Assembly (NCBI RefSeq): GCF_001447785.1
Contig: NW_015169205.1
Span: 281,420 to 345,419, forward strand
Reading direction: 5' to 3'
DNA: 64,000 nt
From: Gekko japonicus
Lineage: Eukaryota
The stretch's first letter is position 1; every line of letters begins with the position of its first letter. A program made the position numbers and the translations under genes. The notes under the pieces were generated by a model. That model saw only the letters and a list, made by a program, of their open reading frames with translations, did no database searches and was not told where the DNA came from. This document shows, piece by piece, positions 25,631 to 38,002 of the stretch.

Positions 25631-26153
25631 CATAGGAAGTCTGAGCTATATCATGACATTTTGCATTTCCCCATCGCTGTGCTATTTTGCAGAGGAGGGA
25701 AAGATACAACATGAGGCCATGACATAGGTGAGTGTCCCTATGGGTTGTGAGGGGACAGAAAAAGATCCTGCCATTTTTGTGTTCTTCAGTGTGCTGCAGT
25801 GTCCTCAAAGCTGAAAAAGTGCTGAACTGCAGTTTTTTACAAAGCACAACCAAACCGCTTCAGTTAATCAGTGTGGCCTACTGGCTAGTGCAGTACTTGT
25901 ACCCGGGAAACAGAGATTCAAATCAGATCCCTGCCATGCTCTTGTGGCTTTTCCACCTTTATAAAAGGAATAATCTACCTCAAAGGTTTGCTGTGAAAAG
26001 GACTAGAAGCCTGTAAGCACTTTGTACAGTCAAACATTCTCTAAAATACATGATTAATAATAAACTACCTTTATCAGCTATAAGATACGCCTCTGAAATC
26101 ACAACCATGCTCCTAAATGTACATAAGATGGGCAATATTTGCTGGGAACTCAC

Positions 26154-27362
26154 ATTATGTGGGCAGTACTCAGTATCCTGGTAAAACGTCAGTCCTCGTA
26201 GCATCTTGCCATGGATATTCGAACTGCAGCATTTGTTCATCCCCTCATCAATAGCCTGGTTGATCATGCTCATGGGGAAAGCACAAACAGCAGAATTCTT
26301 CTGTGGCATCATGCTCTCTACATGGCTTTCAGCAAACACACCAAAGAGAACCAGATCTGTTTCACTGGCACTGATCTCTTGGGCCAGCTTTGAGCCTGGC
26401 TTGGTTGCGTGAGCTGCCTGCAGGACATTAAAAGCTACATCCCTTGGGCTCACTGAAAGTCCCCTCTTCCGCCTCCGCTTGTATTCGAAGCGGCAATCCA
26501 GGTTCAGCTCACGGTAGTTCTGCAAATCATTATCCTCAATGTTTAGCCGCACTATCCTGGTGTGGTACGATCTGGAGCTGGGGTTTTCTCTTTGGACTGT
26601 CAGGAAATACACAAAGTGCTGGTCATTAAAGGAATACACATAGTCAATGGGGTATGTGTCTTGATACTCAGGCAGGACAGTTAAGTAATGGAAAGAATGG
26701 TCGAATCCTTCTGTGGTACTCTTCAGTCTTCGTATAGACACTGATTTGGGGCTGTATGTCTCAGCTATGCTCCTGCTGATGGTAGAGGCAACATAGAAGT
26801 ATGACGCACCTTTATCAACAACTACAGTTCTGGTGCCCAAGGCACTGGCAATACAATCTGGACACTCAGAAGGCTTATTAAATTGGGATGAATACAAGCA
26901 TTTAGTTTCTTTAATGAAAGTAATGTCGCCCTGTATTTCAATCTCATGCAGGAAGCAGACTCCATGCTGAGAAGACCCACAACTGTAAAGCCATGGTTCA
27001 AATGGATCCATCACCAAAACTTTGTTATCTGTGTCTTCAAAATCCATTGGCCCTTTCAGTTGGCACTTGGTACAGATCTTGCACTGGCCACTACCCCAAG
27101 GACCAGTTGCTATGGTAGAGAGAATTGCCAGCTTTGAGTTCAGCATGTAGATCTTGTTCCGAATGGCAACAAAGATTGCACCAGCAGGCTCATACGTGAC
27201 TATGTTCTGGATGTCACCCTCAGCAGTGAATGTAGGCAGGTGATATTGCACTGTATAATCTCTGGTCAAGTTATAAGGAATACGTGGGCAGTGCCAAGTG
27301 TTCCCAAGAGCTCTTACAGGCAGCAATGCCAGCATAAGACAAAGCAGAAACGATGTACCCAT
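26154..27362 (-). CDS. MST1R: First coding exon of macrophage-stimulating protein receptor RON (signal peptide + most of Sema domain, 403 codons, phase-0 donor)
   Basis: ORF 25980..27362(-): hydrophobic signal peptide, WHCPRIPY..Y.LPTF, DTDNKVLVMDP, SCGSSQHGVCFLHE, CPDCIASALGT, SVSIRRLK, LDCRFEYKRRRKR (furin site), SAVCAFP, YCPHN. These match RON/SEA rather than MET. Donor AAT|GTGAGT at 26154/26153 coincides with the end of RON exon 1 (FCPN). Confidence 0.95.
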
Positions 27363-27474
27363 ACTAGAGGAAGGAAGAACAACTCAGAGTCCAGGTTTCA
27401 GAAGGGGCTACCTCAGTTCTTCAGTTCTGCATAAATATGCAGTGCATCTAGAATGGCTGGTCATTGCATTACAG
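27363..27474 (-). other. MST1R: Candidate 5'UTR portion of the MST1R coding exon (distal acceptor at 27474)
   Basis: Minus strand reads tgtcctctctccctctgttttAG|CTGTAATG; a second acceptor-like site gttgttcttccttcctctAG|TATG lies at 27363. Confidence 0.55.
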
Positions 27475-28351
27475 CTAAAACAGAGGGAGAGAGGACACAA
27501 ATGAAAAGTGTTTCAGCAATAAAAAGGCCAAAGTTTGCATTTTAATGTTCTTGAGCATTTGACAGGAGAACAATTCTTAAAATCACCATGCGTAATATTT
27601 AAAGCTGCTCTACTAGGTAATAAAATATTAATTTCATCTCTAAAGACTTTCAGCAGACAGCAATCCGGCCTGCATGGCAATGTAATTTATGTTGTAATTG
27701 CGTTTTTAATCCTGTTTTTAATTATGTAAACTATCTGAAGTGAAGGATAAGATGGGGTGAAAAAAATTAAATAAAGTAATTAAATAAATCATAGATTGTG
27801 TACTGGAGTCACAGTTGACATAAACCATGTGGTTTATGCTGTAGCAAACCCCCCAAATGTGCAGATTTCTTGTATTCATTTGTACTTAGGAAAGACAGCA
27901 TTTTGTTTTAGTAATGGGTTAACTGCTTTGGTTCTGTATTATTGGGAGCAACAAACATAACACACAAAACAGAAGCAATCTAGACTAGATACAGGTTTGG
28001 GCTACACAACACTCCTGTACCTTGTAATCCAGTTCTGCATGTACCTAAAATTCAAAAGAAACAAAATCAAGCAGACTACCAGGTGAGCAGCCTCACATTT
28101 TAAAGCAGAAGTTTTATCATGGCATACTTCTCCATGGCCTCTCCTAGATAGCGTTTCTATAGCCACTACAGCCAGTAGAGGAAAGACCACCCCATGCTAT
28201 GGCTTTCCTTCTAACCCCTGCAGCACTCCTGAGCTCCATCTCCTCACACCAATGAGATAGACAATACATGGCCAATAGAAATATATGAGCAAATGACATT
28301 GTGAATAGATAGTGCTTGAAATACACAAAATAATCACATACTTATGCACCA

Positions 28352-28520
28352 ACAGATCCCAGTTCAGTAGCACTTAAAGAGACAGACAAGACTTTCAGGG
28401 CATAAGCTTTTGCGAATCAAAGCTCCCTTCATCGGATACCTAAAAATCTCATTGGTCTCTAAGGTAATACCGGACTCTAATTTATTTGTTCTACTGCAGA
28501 CCGACACAGCTACCCTTTGA
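28352..28520. mobile_element. Penelope-like inverted end with hammerhead relic (28398-28440, -)
   Basis: gtagcacttaaagagac / gtctctaaggtaatac inverted arms; terminal acacagctaccc. Confidence 0.6.
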
Positions 28521-28912
28521 AACGATGTCTATGCACAGTTGTGTTGTTACTCCAGTCAGCCCATTCCAGGACTACTGCTTTTGATTTGATACTTTTGCTT
28601 CCGCAAACTGAGTCAATCACGAGTTTCTTAAGGAGAGGGCCTGGGTTTGTCTCATGGATCAAAGCCCCAAGGAAAGAGCCCCTAACTCTTATACCACAAA
28701 AGGAGGTGAGTTATGTTAATAATTGAGCCATTTCTACAAATGATGTTTAAGTCACTGTTTACATTTTCCATACTCATAATTTCAAAGGCAGACTTGTATA
28801 CAATCATATATACAGTCAATTTTAACCTGACTCTCCTCTACTTTGCATGCTGCATATTAAGTGGCAAGACTAAAAAGTGTTCTGAGCCTCATATGTATGG
28901 AAGTGTGCTATA

Positions 28913-29180
28913 CAGGCCCGTAGTTACTGTGGGGCATCTGCCAAGGCCCCCTGACTTCCATGTAGCCCCCAGGCCCCTGGCTCTCTGGGCCACCTGGAAG
29001 ACTCCCCATCAGCACCCCTTCCCCAAACACGGCTTGCTTCCCCGCATAGGCAAGCAGAGTGCAAACGCCACAAAAGTGAGTTTTTAACATTTCACTTCTT
29101 TTTAAAATTATTTTGTGATGTCAGTGCCCCCCGACTTATTTAAAGGCCCCCTGAATTACAAAATCCTGGCTACGGCCCTA
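28913..29180 (+). mobile_element. hAT MITE family C (CAGGCCCGTAG TIR), copy 1
   Basis: TSD GTGCTATA; homologous to 62303-62623. Confidence 0.88.
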
Positions 29181-29196
29181 GTGCTATATATGTACA

Positions 29197-29445
29197 GACC
29201 AAACTGAGGCTATCCTACTTTGGTCACATTCTGAGAAGACAAGAGTCACTGGAAAAGACAATAATGCTAGGAAAAGTTGAAGGCAGCAGGAACAGAGGAA
29301 GATGCAATATGAGATCGATTGACTCAATAAAGGATGCCACAGCCCTCAGTTTGCAAGACCTGAGCAAGGGTGTTAATGATAGGTCATTAATTTATAGGGT
29401 CGCCATAAGTCAGAAACAACTTGATGGCACTTAATAGATACACAA
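29197..29445 (+). mobile_element. RTE/BovB-like LINE 3' end
   Basis: LRLSYFGHILRRQESLEKTIMLGKVEGSR coding followed by the 3' UTR; a short BovB tail also lies at 10104-10158. Confidence 0.85.
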
Positions 29446-30039
29446 CATTAGGCACATGTGTGCTGTCAAGTGAGGCCAACACATATCAATGGAACCCTTA
29501 GAACCCTCTGTTTAAAAAAGTCTGTTCTTCCAATAAATTTCCTTCCTGTCAGTCACAAGGATTTTACAGAACCACTAAAGAGGCATATTCAAAAGTCAAT
29601 GCCATTAAGTTCAGTGAGGCTTAGCCTCGGGTCTGTGTGCCCAGGGATGCAGTCTGAATCAGCTATCAAGAACTTGGGAGGAGTTAAGAGGTATTAAAGT
29701 GATTTCAGGCTTCATATAACACAAAGCAGTAGATCCACTTTGATGCAAATGTCACTGGAAAGCCACCTCCAAGCCCAGCTCACTGGCAAGGGTAGCTGCC
29801 TAAACACTCATATGAAACCATTTCTCCCCCCCCCCCCCCCAAATAAATCCCCATGTATTCAGTCCCCAACCCAACTCTGGATCGTCGGATCACTCCAAAG
29901 CAGAGACATATCCCCCACGCCTGGCTGGCCTCATTTTTGCTGGGAAGCCAGATTGCCCTCTAGGCAGCAACGAAGGGCATCCTGCTGTCCAACAGATGCT
30001 GCCCTTGGTGCACTCTTCCCACAAGAGCTTCAGTTTGGG

Positions 30040-30930
30040 CAACAGGTGAGCCGGGGCTCGTGAACCCCACCCATCCTCCCCCCCTTGGCAGACGGGAGCA
30101 GCGGGCACCTTGCTCACCCTTCAGCTGAACTAAAAGTCTGCCACGCTCCGTAGGCACCACCAGCCACCCCGAGACTCGGGATCTCCGCCCCCGCGGCCCC
30201 CTGAACTGCTCGTGTGAAAGAAGAGGCGGCGGCAACTACAGCGCAAGGCGGACGCCCCTCTTAAGGACACCCCCCCCCTCCTTCCCGCGCGCCCAAGGAC
30301 TCACCTCGCCGCCGTCGCGTGCTCTCTGAACTCACATACCGACTCAGTTGGCTGCTTGCGAAGGAGGAGGCAGAGGGAGGGGCTCCGCGGGGCGGGACCC
30401 GAGACAGCGTGTTCTTGCCCTTCCTTCTTCGCTCCCTTCTGCTGGTGGCGGCAGGATCTCGCTTTGGAGTCGTCTCTCACGGCCCGGCGTCGCAGCCACA
30501 CCTGTTATCAACCCCACTCTGAAGACACAAATCGTCCTCTTTCGCCCGAGCTCGCCGTTCCCCGATGGGTGGCGGTGTGGTTGCTTAAGGCTGTAGGGCA
30601 CTTTATGGGAATCCTGTAAAAGTGTATAGCCCTTTTTTTTTTTTTTTTAAGCAACAGTTTGTAACTAATAACCAGACTCGCACTGGGCGTTCTGCGTTCG
30701 GAGCTTCCAGCGATTTTTTTCGTGCGGCCGAAAATAAAGTTTTGGGAATTCACTAGGAAACGAGGTTGACCGTCTGGGCTTCTTTTTCACTTGGGGGAGA
30801 AGTGCAGGGACTTCAGAATATCCTCTCGCAATTTTTTTGAGATGGAAAACGACAGGCGTGTAAAGGGTTACACTGGCTCTCTCATCCCGCCCTTCCGCTC
30901 AGGCACTGCTCCGGTGCTGTTTTGTGTGCG
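30040..30930. promoter_or_regulatory. CpG island / probable MST1R promoter
   Basis: Locally high GC and CpG with no recognisable repeat, GC boxes (cggggcggga ~30387, ctccgcccc ~30183), about 3 kb upstream of the MST1R ATG. Confidence 0.8.
30305..30380 (-). other. MST1R: Candidate non-coding first exon of MST1R (5' boundary approximate)
   Basis: Consensus donor GAG|GTGAGT at 30305/30304 inside the CpG island; an alternative donor AGG|GTGAGC lies at 30118/30117. Confidence 0.5.
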
Positions 30931-31219
30931 TGTGTGTGGCTTTCAAAAAGCAGAGGGGAGAAAATCACTGAATTGCATACATTGCAGTTTGAATCAGGAC
31001 TCACACTGCATGGTAAGCAAGTTTTTGTGTGTATGTGCGTAGGTTGTCAAGTAAACACTGTAATGTTTGAAAGGGAAACATCTGTAAATACACAGGAGAT
31101 ATGCTGGGCAGCTGAGGCCAGCTTTGCTCGTATTTAGAAAATTTGAGTGCCTGGCCTTGGTTCAGACCAAGCCTTGATCTCTTAAGCAACCTATATTTTT
31201 CTTCTACTACTTGAAATCT

Positions 31220-31511
31220 ACTAGCTGCGGTGGCTCAAGTGGTTACGACGCTGAACTGCAGGCTGTGGAAGGTCAGTAGTTTAGCAGTTTGAGACCCGGG
31301 TGCCAACCTAGCAGTTCCAAAGCAAGACATTGCAAGTAGATAAATAGGTACCACTTCGGTGGGAAGGTAACAGTGTTCCGTGAGCCTTGGTGTTTAGTCA
31401 TGCCGGCCACATGACCACGGAAACGTCTTTGGACAGCGCTTCGGCTTTGAAACGGAGATGAGCACCCCAACCCCCTAGAGTTGGATTCGAGCAAGGGAAC
31501 CTTTACCTTTT
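31220..31511 (+). mobile_element. Sauria SINE (internally deleted)
   Basis: gtagataaataggtacc, catgccggccacatgacc, (accttt) tail; TSD TACTTGAAATCT. Confidence 0.88.
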
Positions 31512-31566
31512 TACTTGAAATCTCCAGTTTCTATCCAGAAAATGATTTTGTGAGGGGAGTTAAAAC

Positions 31567-31776
31567 CAGTGTTCCTTCTAAGCTGAGTTAGTGTGAGCTA
31601 GCTCACAGGTTTTTAGCCTCCAGCTCATTAAGACATTTTTGTCTTAGCTCAGGAAGGATGGCTCAAGAACAAAATAATTCATGCAGCAGCCAAGTCACTC
31701 GCTCACAACTTTAATGCCAGTAGCTCACAAAATAGAATTTTTGCTCACAAGACTCCGCAGATTAGAGGGAGCATTG
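31567..31776. mobile_element. hAT MITE family A, copy 3
   Basis: TSD GTTAAAAC. Confidence 0.9.
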
Positions 31777-32074
31777 GTTAAAACTGTCCCACCAAATCTC
31801 ACAATGCACGTATCCAGTTACTTTTAAAGAAAATCAGAGATTTTCCTTCATGGATCTCTAGCATCTCACCTACTTTGGTTGCACACATGATGCCAGGAGA
31901 TAGATGATTGCTTTCTCAACACCCTTCCCCCTCCAACTTTAGTTTTATTTGTAACAGTGATGCTGGCAAAGATGATGGTTGACCTTTTCTCAATGTGATG
32001 TGTTATGATCAAAATTTCCACTCCAGCTGATTCCCCACACACACACACACACTATAGTTAGCTATAGTTATAGG

Positions 32075-33055
32075 TGTTAACTCTGCAAGATAAGTACTGT
32101 TGTTCCTTTAATTCTTTTGGGACCATTAGTTGATACTGGAACTCCTCCTAACGAGATTGTTCCGTGGCCCAACTCTGTCTTATGTATGGCAGTGGGCGTG
32201 CGTGAGTAATTTACCCGTGTATACAGAGGGCAGAATCAGAACGAACGCTCCTATTTCCCAGGAATTGAGACAACACACTAAGGTTTAATGAATAAATGTT
32301 GCCTTTACTAGGTGGTTCTCAAGCACACGAAAAACAGATACATTCACAGATTCACTCAAGTTCCCTTAGTACACAGTAGGTACAGAAAACAAATAGTAAT
32401 GAAAATAATAACTTCAACAGACAATGAGGTAACACACAGAAGGGTGACGCTTATACTTATCTGAGTTCCAGTCGAGAAGGAATTCTTCTCAGCAACAAGA
32501 ATGGGGACAAAAGTACTAACTTTAGGGACTCTACAAACACACGGGATGGTCCAGCCAAACACATGTGGGCTCTCTGGTCGCGACTCCAGAGAACTCCTTA
32601 AGAATCACCTGCAGTATACTTAAGTTGCAAAGGTGAAGGTATTAGGAAGGATGGGTTAACCAGAGAAACAAAGGCTGTGTCTCTCTTTTTAAAACCTAGT
32701 TTTGGGGGTTGGCATAAGGCCAATCTACACCTGAAATCCGTCCCCTTCTCTATACCTATAGGTTGGAGGGTTGTGACGCTCTACCTAGAGGGGAGTGGGG
32801 CGATATTCAAATTCTAAACCTAACTTCAATGGGAGCCATGTGGCTAGGTGTCAAAGTTGTATTCCCATAGCAACCTTTGACTTGTAGATGTTGCTTGACC
32901 CAGGAAGGCAATAACAGGATGTTGTCCTTTTGTGATTCCAAACCAGATAGTGGGATTACGTGTTATTCCAGGAGATCTGTAATGGTGGGAGACCTGTTGT
33001 TTTTCCAAGTCTCCAAATAGCACAAATAATACATTTAAAAGCACACATGGTAACA
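32075..33055 (-). mobile_element. Putative solo LTR (ERV-like)
   Basis: TGTTA...TAACA termini, flanks TAGG/TAGT, AGTAAA-type signal on the minus strand. Confidence 0.5.
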
Positions 33056-33244
33056 TAGTACAGCTGTGCTTTATTAGAGTGGTCTTTCTGGGGTGTTCCC
33101 ATGGAGAATTGTTGACTTATGCACTGTAAAATTGTGAACTTTGGGTGAGTACAGCAAGCTAGCTCCTTTCCCCCCCTGGTTATTATGTAAAGTATATTGT
33201 GTTATACTGTATTTGTAATTCAGTTCCAGGAAAAATATGTTTGG

Positions 33245-34565
33245 CTGAAGCTAACCATCTCCCTAGGCAGCTGATTCCACCTTTGAACCACTCTGACCGT
33301 GAAAAAGTTTTTCCTAATATCCAGCCAATACCTTTCTGCACATAGTTTTAACCTGTTGCTTCAGGTCCTGTCCTCTGCTGCCAACTAGAACAGCTCTTTG
33401 CCCTCCTCCAAATGACAGCCTTTCAAATATTTAAAGAGAGCAATCATGTACCCCCTCAATCTCCTCTTCTCCAAACAAAACATTCCCAAGGCCCTTAGCC
33501 TTTCCTCGTAGGGCTCAATCTCCAGACCCCTGATCATCCTCGTCGCTCTCTTCTGCACCCTCTTGATTTTGTCCACATCCTTTTTGAAGTGAGGCCTCCA
33601 GAACTGCACACAGTGCTCAAAGTGCAGCCTGACCAAGCAGTATACAGAGGGGCTATTTTGATGCTATGGCCATTTTAATACAACCCAAGACTGAATTTGC
33701 ATTTTTTGCCACCGCATCACACTGACTGCTCATATTTAGTTTACAGTCCACCCTTACCCCAAGATCTCTTTCGCATACACTACTCCCCAGAAACGTATCC
33801 CCCATCCAGTATTTGTGCTTTACATTTTTGTGGCCCAGATGTAATACTGTGTACTTATCTTTGTTGAATTACATCCTGTTTGCAACTGCCTACTTCTCCA
33901 GAATATTCAGGTCTTGTTGAATTTTAACTCTATCTTCTTGGGTGTTTGCTACTCCTCCTAATTTGGTATCATTTAATGAGTAGCCCTTCTACCCCTTCAT
34001 CCAGATCATTGATAAAAATATCGAAAAGTATCGGGCCCAAAACTGAACCCTGCGGCACTCCACTGGACACCTCCCTCCAATCTGATGAAACTCCATTGAC
34101 CACCACTCTTTGGGTGCGGTCCTCTAACCAGTTCCCTATCCACTGAACTGTCCTATAGTCCAGTCCACACTCTTCCAATTTGCCCATCAAAATGTCATGG
34201 GGAACCTTATCAAAAGCTTTACTGAAATCCAGGTAAATCACATCAACAGAGTTCCCATGATCCAGTAAGCTCATCACATGATCCAAGAAGGAAGTCAGGT
34301 TGGTCTGACAAGATCTGTTGGGGACAAAACCATGCTGACTTCCCTGGATCACTAAGCGGTCCTTCAGATGCTTACATATCAATCCCTTTAAAACCTGCTG
34401 TAATATATTCCCAGCAACAGAAGTCAGACTGACCGGCCTGTAGTTTCCCGGGTCATCCTTCTTCCCTTTCTTAAAGATAGGAATAACATTCGCTCTCCTC
34501 CAATCTTGTGGCACATCCCCAGTCCTCCAGGAGGCCTTGAAGATGATGGACAGAGGCTCTGCAGT
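33245..34565 (-). mobile_element. CR1 LINE fragment (RT)
   Basis: [43 protein letters not shown]; downstream LE.CVQFW.PH.KKD..ERVQ.RAT. Confidence 0.92.
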
Positions 34566-35292
34566 TATATGGTTCACTGTGGCTGTATATGACTCTCTGG
34601 CATATTTCTACTGTGTATTTCTATATGTGTATCTCCCTTTCACTCTTTACGTATTAATACAGCAAACACTGGTACAAAACAGGAATAAACACAAGGCAGA
34701 AAAAAATGAAAGCTCTTCCAACAGGAGCAGGAAACCAAAGGAAAAAAGTGGAGTGTGAGCATAATGTTCAGGCACACTTCAATCTCAAATAGTCTCACAA
34801 CAGGAACAGAAGAGCTGTGTGATATAGGACCCCACAGGACTAGAGAGATGCATTATTTAATCAATTTTTAGCCCCATCAGCTCCCTGTAGAAGAAGTTAT
34901 TTGGAGAGTTTACATAGATATGAGCCAAGGATAAGTCCTGCTGTGAGGTCCAAGACAATGACCAACACACCTGTGTAGTAAGAGATGGCTTTCTTGGGAC
35001 CAAGCTACATGTATGGGGGATGTATGATCAGGACATTGGCACAGTAAATGGGAGGAAATTTTCTCCTTCATCTGCATGTTTTCCCCCTCAAATGCGCCCT
35101 GGTTGCTTTTAGCTCAAAGAGGGGGGGAAAGGCCCACTGGGGCTAAAGCAACCTGTGGGGGTGGCTGCTTTGTGACAAGGCAATCATGTTTGATGTTGGA
35201 AGAATTAAAATGCCTTTCCCTCAGTGCCATACTTGATCCATATCAGCACACTTCTGCTTTTTGCAGCTAAACTAAAACAAGAGGGAATATGA

Positions 35293-35420
35293 TCAAGATG
35301 GGTAGCTGTGTTAGTCTGGCTGTAGCAGTAGAAAAGAGCAGGAGTCCAGTAGCACCTTAAAGACTAACAAGATATTTGGCAGGGCATGAGCTTTTGTGAG
35401 TCACTGCTCCCTTCTTCAGA
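35293..35420. mobile_element. Penelope-like end with hammerhead relic (35382-35420, -)
   Basis: gggtagctgtgttagtctg..gcaccttaaagactaacaa..catgagcttttgtgagtcactgctcccttcttcag, flanked by near-duplicate agagggaatatga / agagggagtatga. Confidence 0.65.
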
Positions 35421-35429
35421 GGGAGTATG

Positions 35430-36860
35430 ACTGTTCATCTTCCGGGTACCTTTTGATACCATCAATCATGGTATCCTTCTGGACTGTCTGTCTAGGATGC
35501 AGTGGTTCTGGACCTACCTGGAGGACAGGGTTCAGAATGTGGTGCTGAGGGACTGCTGCTCAGCCCCTTGGCCTTTGGCCTTAACTCCATCTTATCCCCA
35601 TGATGTTTAGCATCTTCATGAAACTGCTGGGTGAGGTCATCAGAAGATTTGGGCTGGGTGGCAACCATCATATAGATGATGCTCACTTCTACCTTGCACT
35701 TCCAGCTGATCCCAGAGAGGTTGTAGAGAACCTGAATTGGTGCCTGGAGACAGTTTTGGAGTAGATTCGGGCTAATAAAGTGAAGCTTCATCCCAACAAG
35801 ATGGAAGAGCTATTAGCGAGCTGAAAGTCTGACCCGAGATTTAAGGTGTCACACATTATGGAGAGGGTTACACTCCCCTTGAACAAACAAGTCCATAGTC
35901 GGGTGGTACTCTTGAACCTAGGCCTACTACAGTGGCCAGAACTGCCTTTTACCAGCTTCATTTGGTTAGCCAGCTGTAGCCTTTCCTGGGCAGAAAAGAT
36001 CTAGCCATTGTGGTGCATGCCCTGGTTATATCTAGATAGATTGCACTGTACATAGGGCTGCCCTTGAGAAGTGTTCGGAAACTGGAATTATTGCACAATG
36101 CTGCCCCCAGGATGTTGGCTGCAGTGGGTCGTAGGGATCATATCACTTCAGACTTGTCCCATCTACCCTGGCTCACAATGGGTTTCTGGGCACAATTCAC
36201 TAGTGTTGACCTTTAGAGCCCTATATAGTTTGGGATCAAGATACCTGAAGGACTGCCTACTCCCCCATGAACCCACCTGACAATTAAGTTCATCTTTGGA
36301 GGCTCTGCTTTGGGTGCCCCTCCTTCTGAGATTAGGCACGTGGCCACCAGTGCTCCCTCTAAGTTGTGGAGTCTTGTGAGCAAAAATTCTACTTTGTGAA
36401 CTACTGGCATTAAAATTGTGAACAAGCAATTTGGCTTCTGCATAAATTAGTTTGCTCTGGAGCCATCCTTTCTGACCTAAGACAAAAATGTGTGAGCTGG
36501 AAGCTAAAAACCTGCAAGCTAGCTCACACTAACTCAGCTTAGAGGGAACGCTGGTGGCAACCCAGAAGGCCTTTATGGTTCTGCCACCTGAACTCTCTCT
36601 CTAGATAGATATGTCTGTCCCCTTCCATTGCCAGGTTCTGCCAGTGAGTGAAAACATTTTTTTAATGTTCCCTCATTGATCTCTCTTCCTGCCCAATGTT
36701 TTAATTGTTATTTTATGCTTTGTATAGATTTTAGTGCTGATTTTAATTGTTTTAATGATGAGTTGTTGTTTAGTTGCTTTTAATTGTTTTAAAATGTGAT
36801 TTTATTATGTATATTTTAATTTGTTAGCTGCCTTGGTAGCTTTTGTGAGGGCATTTTGTA
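35430..36860 (+). mobile_element. Old L2 LINE 3' portion
   Basis: Degenerate RT (HQYADD-like near 35670, LKLHPNK-like), L2-type 3' UTR; contains a MITE. Confidence 0.65.
36348..36553. mobile_element. hAT MITE family A, copy 4
   Basis: TSD GTGGCCAC/GTGGCAAC. Confidence 0.88.
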
Positions 36861-36867
36861 AAATAAA

Positions 36868-36905
36868 NNNNNNNNNNNNNNNNNNNNNNNNNNNNNNNNN
36901 NNNNN
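36868..36905. other. Assembly gap (N run) next to a short AT-rich tandem repeat
   Basis: 38 N followed by (tttgtaaaattttataaat) repeats. Confidence 0.97.
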
Positions 36906-38002
36906 TTTGTAAAATTTTATAAATTTTGTAAAATTTTATAAATTTTGTAAAATAAATAAATCTCACAGGATCTGATTGTGGATCCTGATGTGGAGGTTGT
37001 AGGGAGTAACTGGCAGGCCAGTGTCTCCCATTTCAGTAATGAAGGTGCTGGATGATAGCAATTTCCCTCACCCCACCACCACATCTTGCCCAACAGTTAT
37101 GAATCCTATCCCACACACTGCCTTCGGCTGATTTCCTCCAACATATCTTAAAAGAAGAATGTAGGCATGCAAGTTAAATGTATAAATGGCTTGTAGTTAT
37201 AAGCAAATCACTTTAACTGATGATCTGCCACGTTCCAGAATTAAAATACATGTTTACATTTTAGGCTTGTTAACCTTTTGCAGCACTTAAACATTAAGAA
37301 ATCATTAGCAAAACACCAGTGAATAAAGTACATTTGGGTGAGTACATTTGATGCTTCTTTGACCTGCCATCCTGCCATTCTCTTGGTTTCCTCCTCCTTA
37401 ACCGGAAAACCTAAGACTTCTTAGATGCTCCTTTGGAAAGGGAATTTAGAGTGGCATGTTTCTGCTACTACCTTATTGCCCTTTGTCCAACTATTTAGAT
37501 TTGTGGTGCAAAAATTTATTAGTCAGATGATTGGTTGAATGGGTATGAACTTTCTTTTCTGAATGGAATATCAAGACCAAAGTACATGTTATGTTGGGGG
37601 ATATGCAATCTAGTCTCCTGATGTGTATTTTAATACCCCCTCCGCAACACAAACTATTAGCCATGCTTGGGTCAAGCAGCTATATTGTACTTTTATTCTT
37701 CTCTAGTGAGACTAAAAGCAACACAGGGGCATTTTGTAAGAGAAATAGCACTGAGGGAAAGGGTGAAAAACTCTGCTACCCTAGCACAACACCCCTGCTT
37801 CAGTTCCCTATCCCTAGTGACTAAGCCGGCCTCGGCTGGGGAGGGCGGGGTATAAATCTGATAATAAAAATATAAAAAACAGCTGATGATCATTGCCCAC
37901 TAAGAGACAATTTTGGAGATATCATCATCAATTCCCAAACTAACATATGACTTCATCTTTGGTCAGTGGTTGCCCTAGAATAAGGCCAAGTACAGCAGCT
38001 TA

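Noticed and set aside
25980-27362. Calling the gene MET, or treating the 460-aa ORF as the complete protein
   Set aside because: The N-terminal W.CPR.PY and CPDC motifs are RON-type, and homology ends at a consensus donor at 26154.
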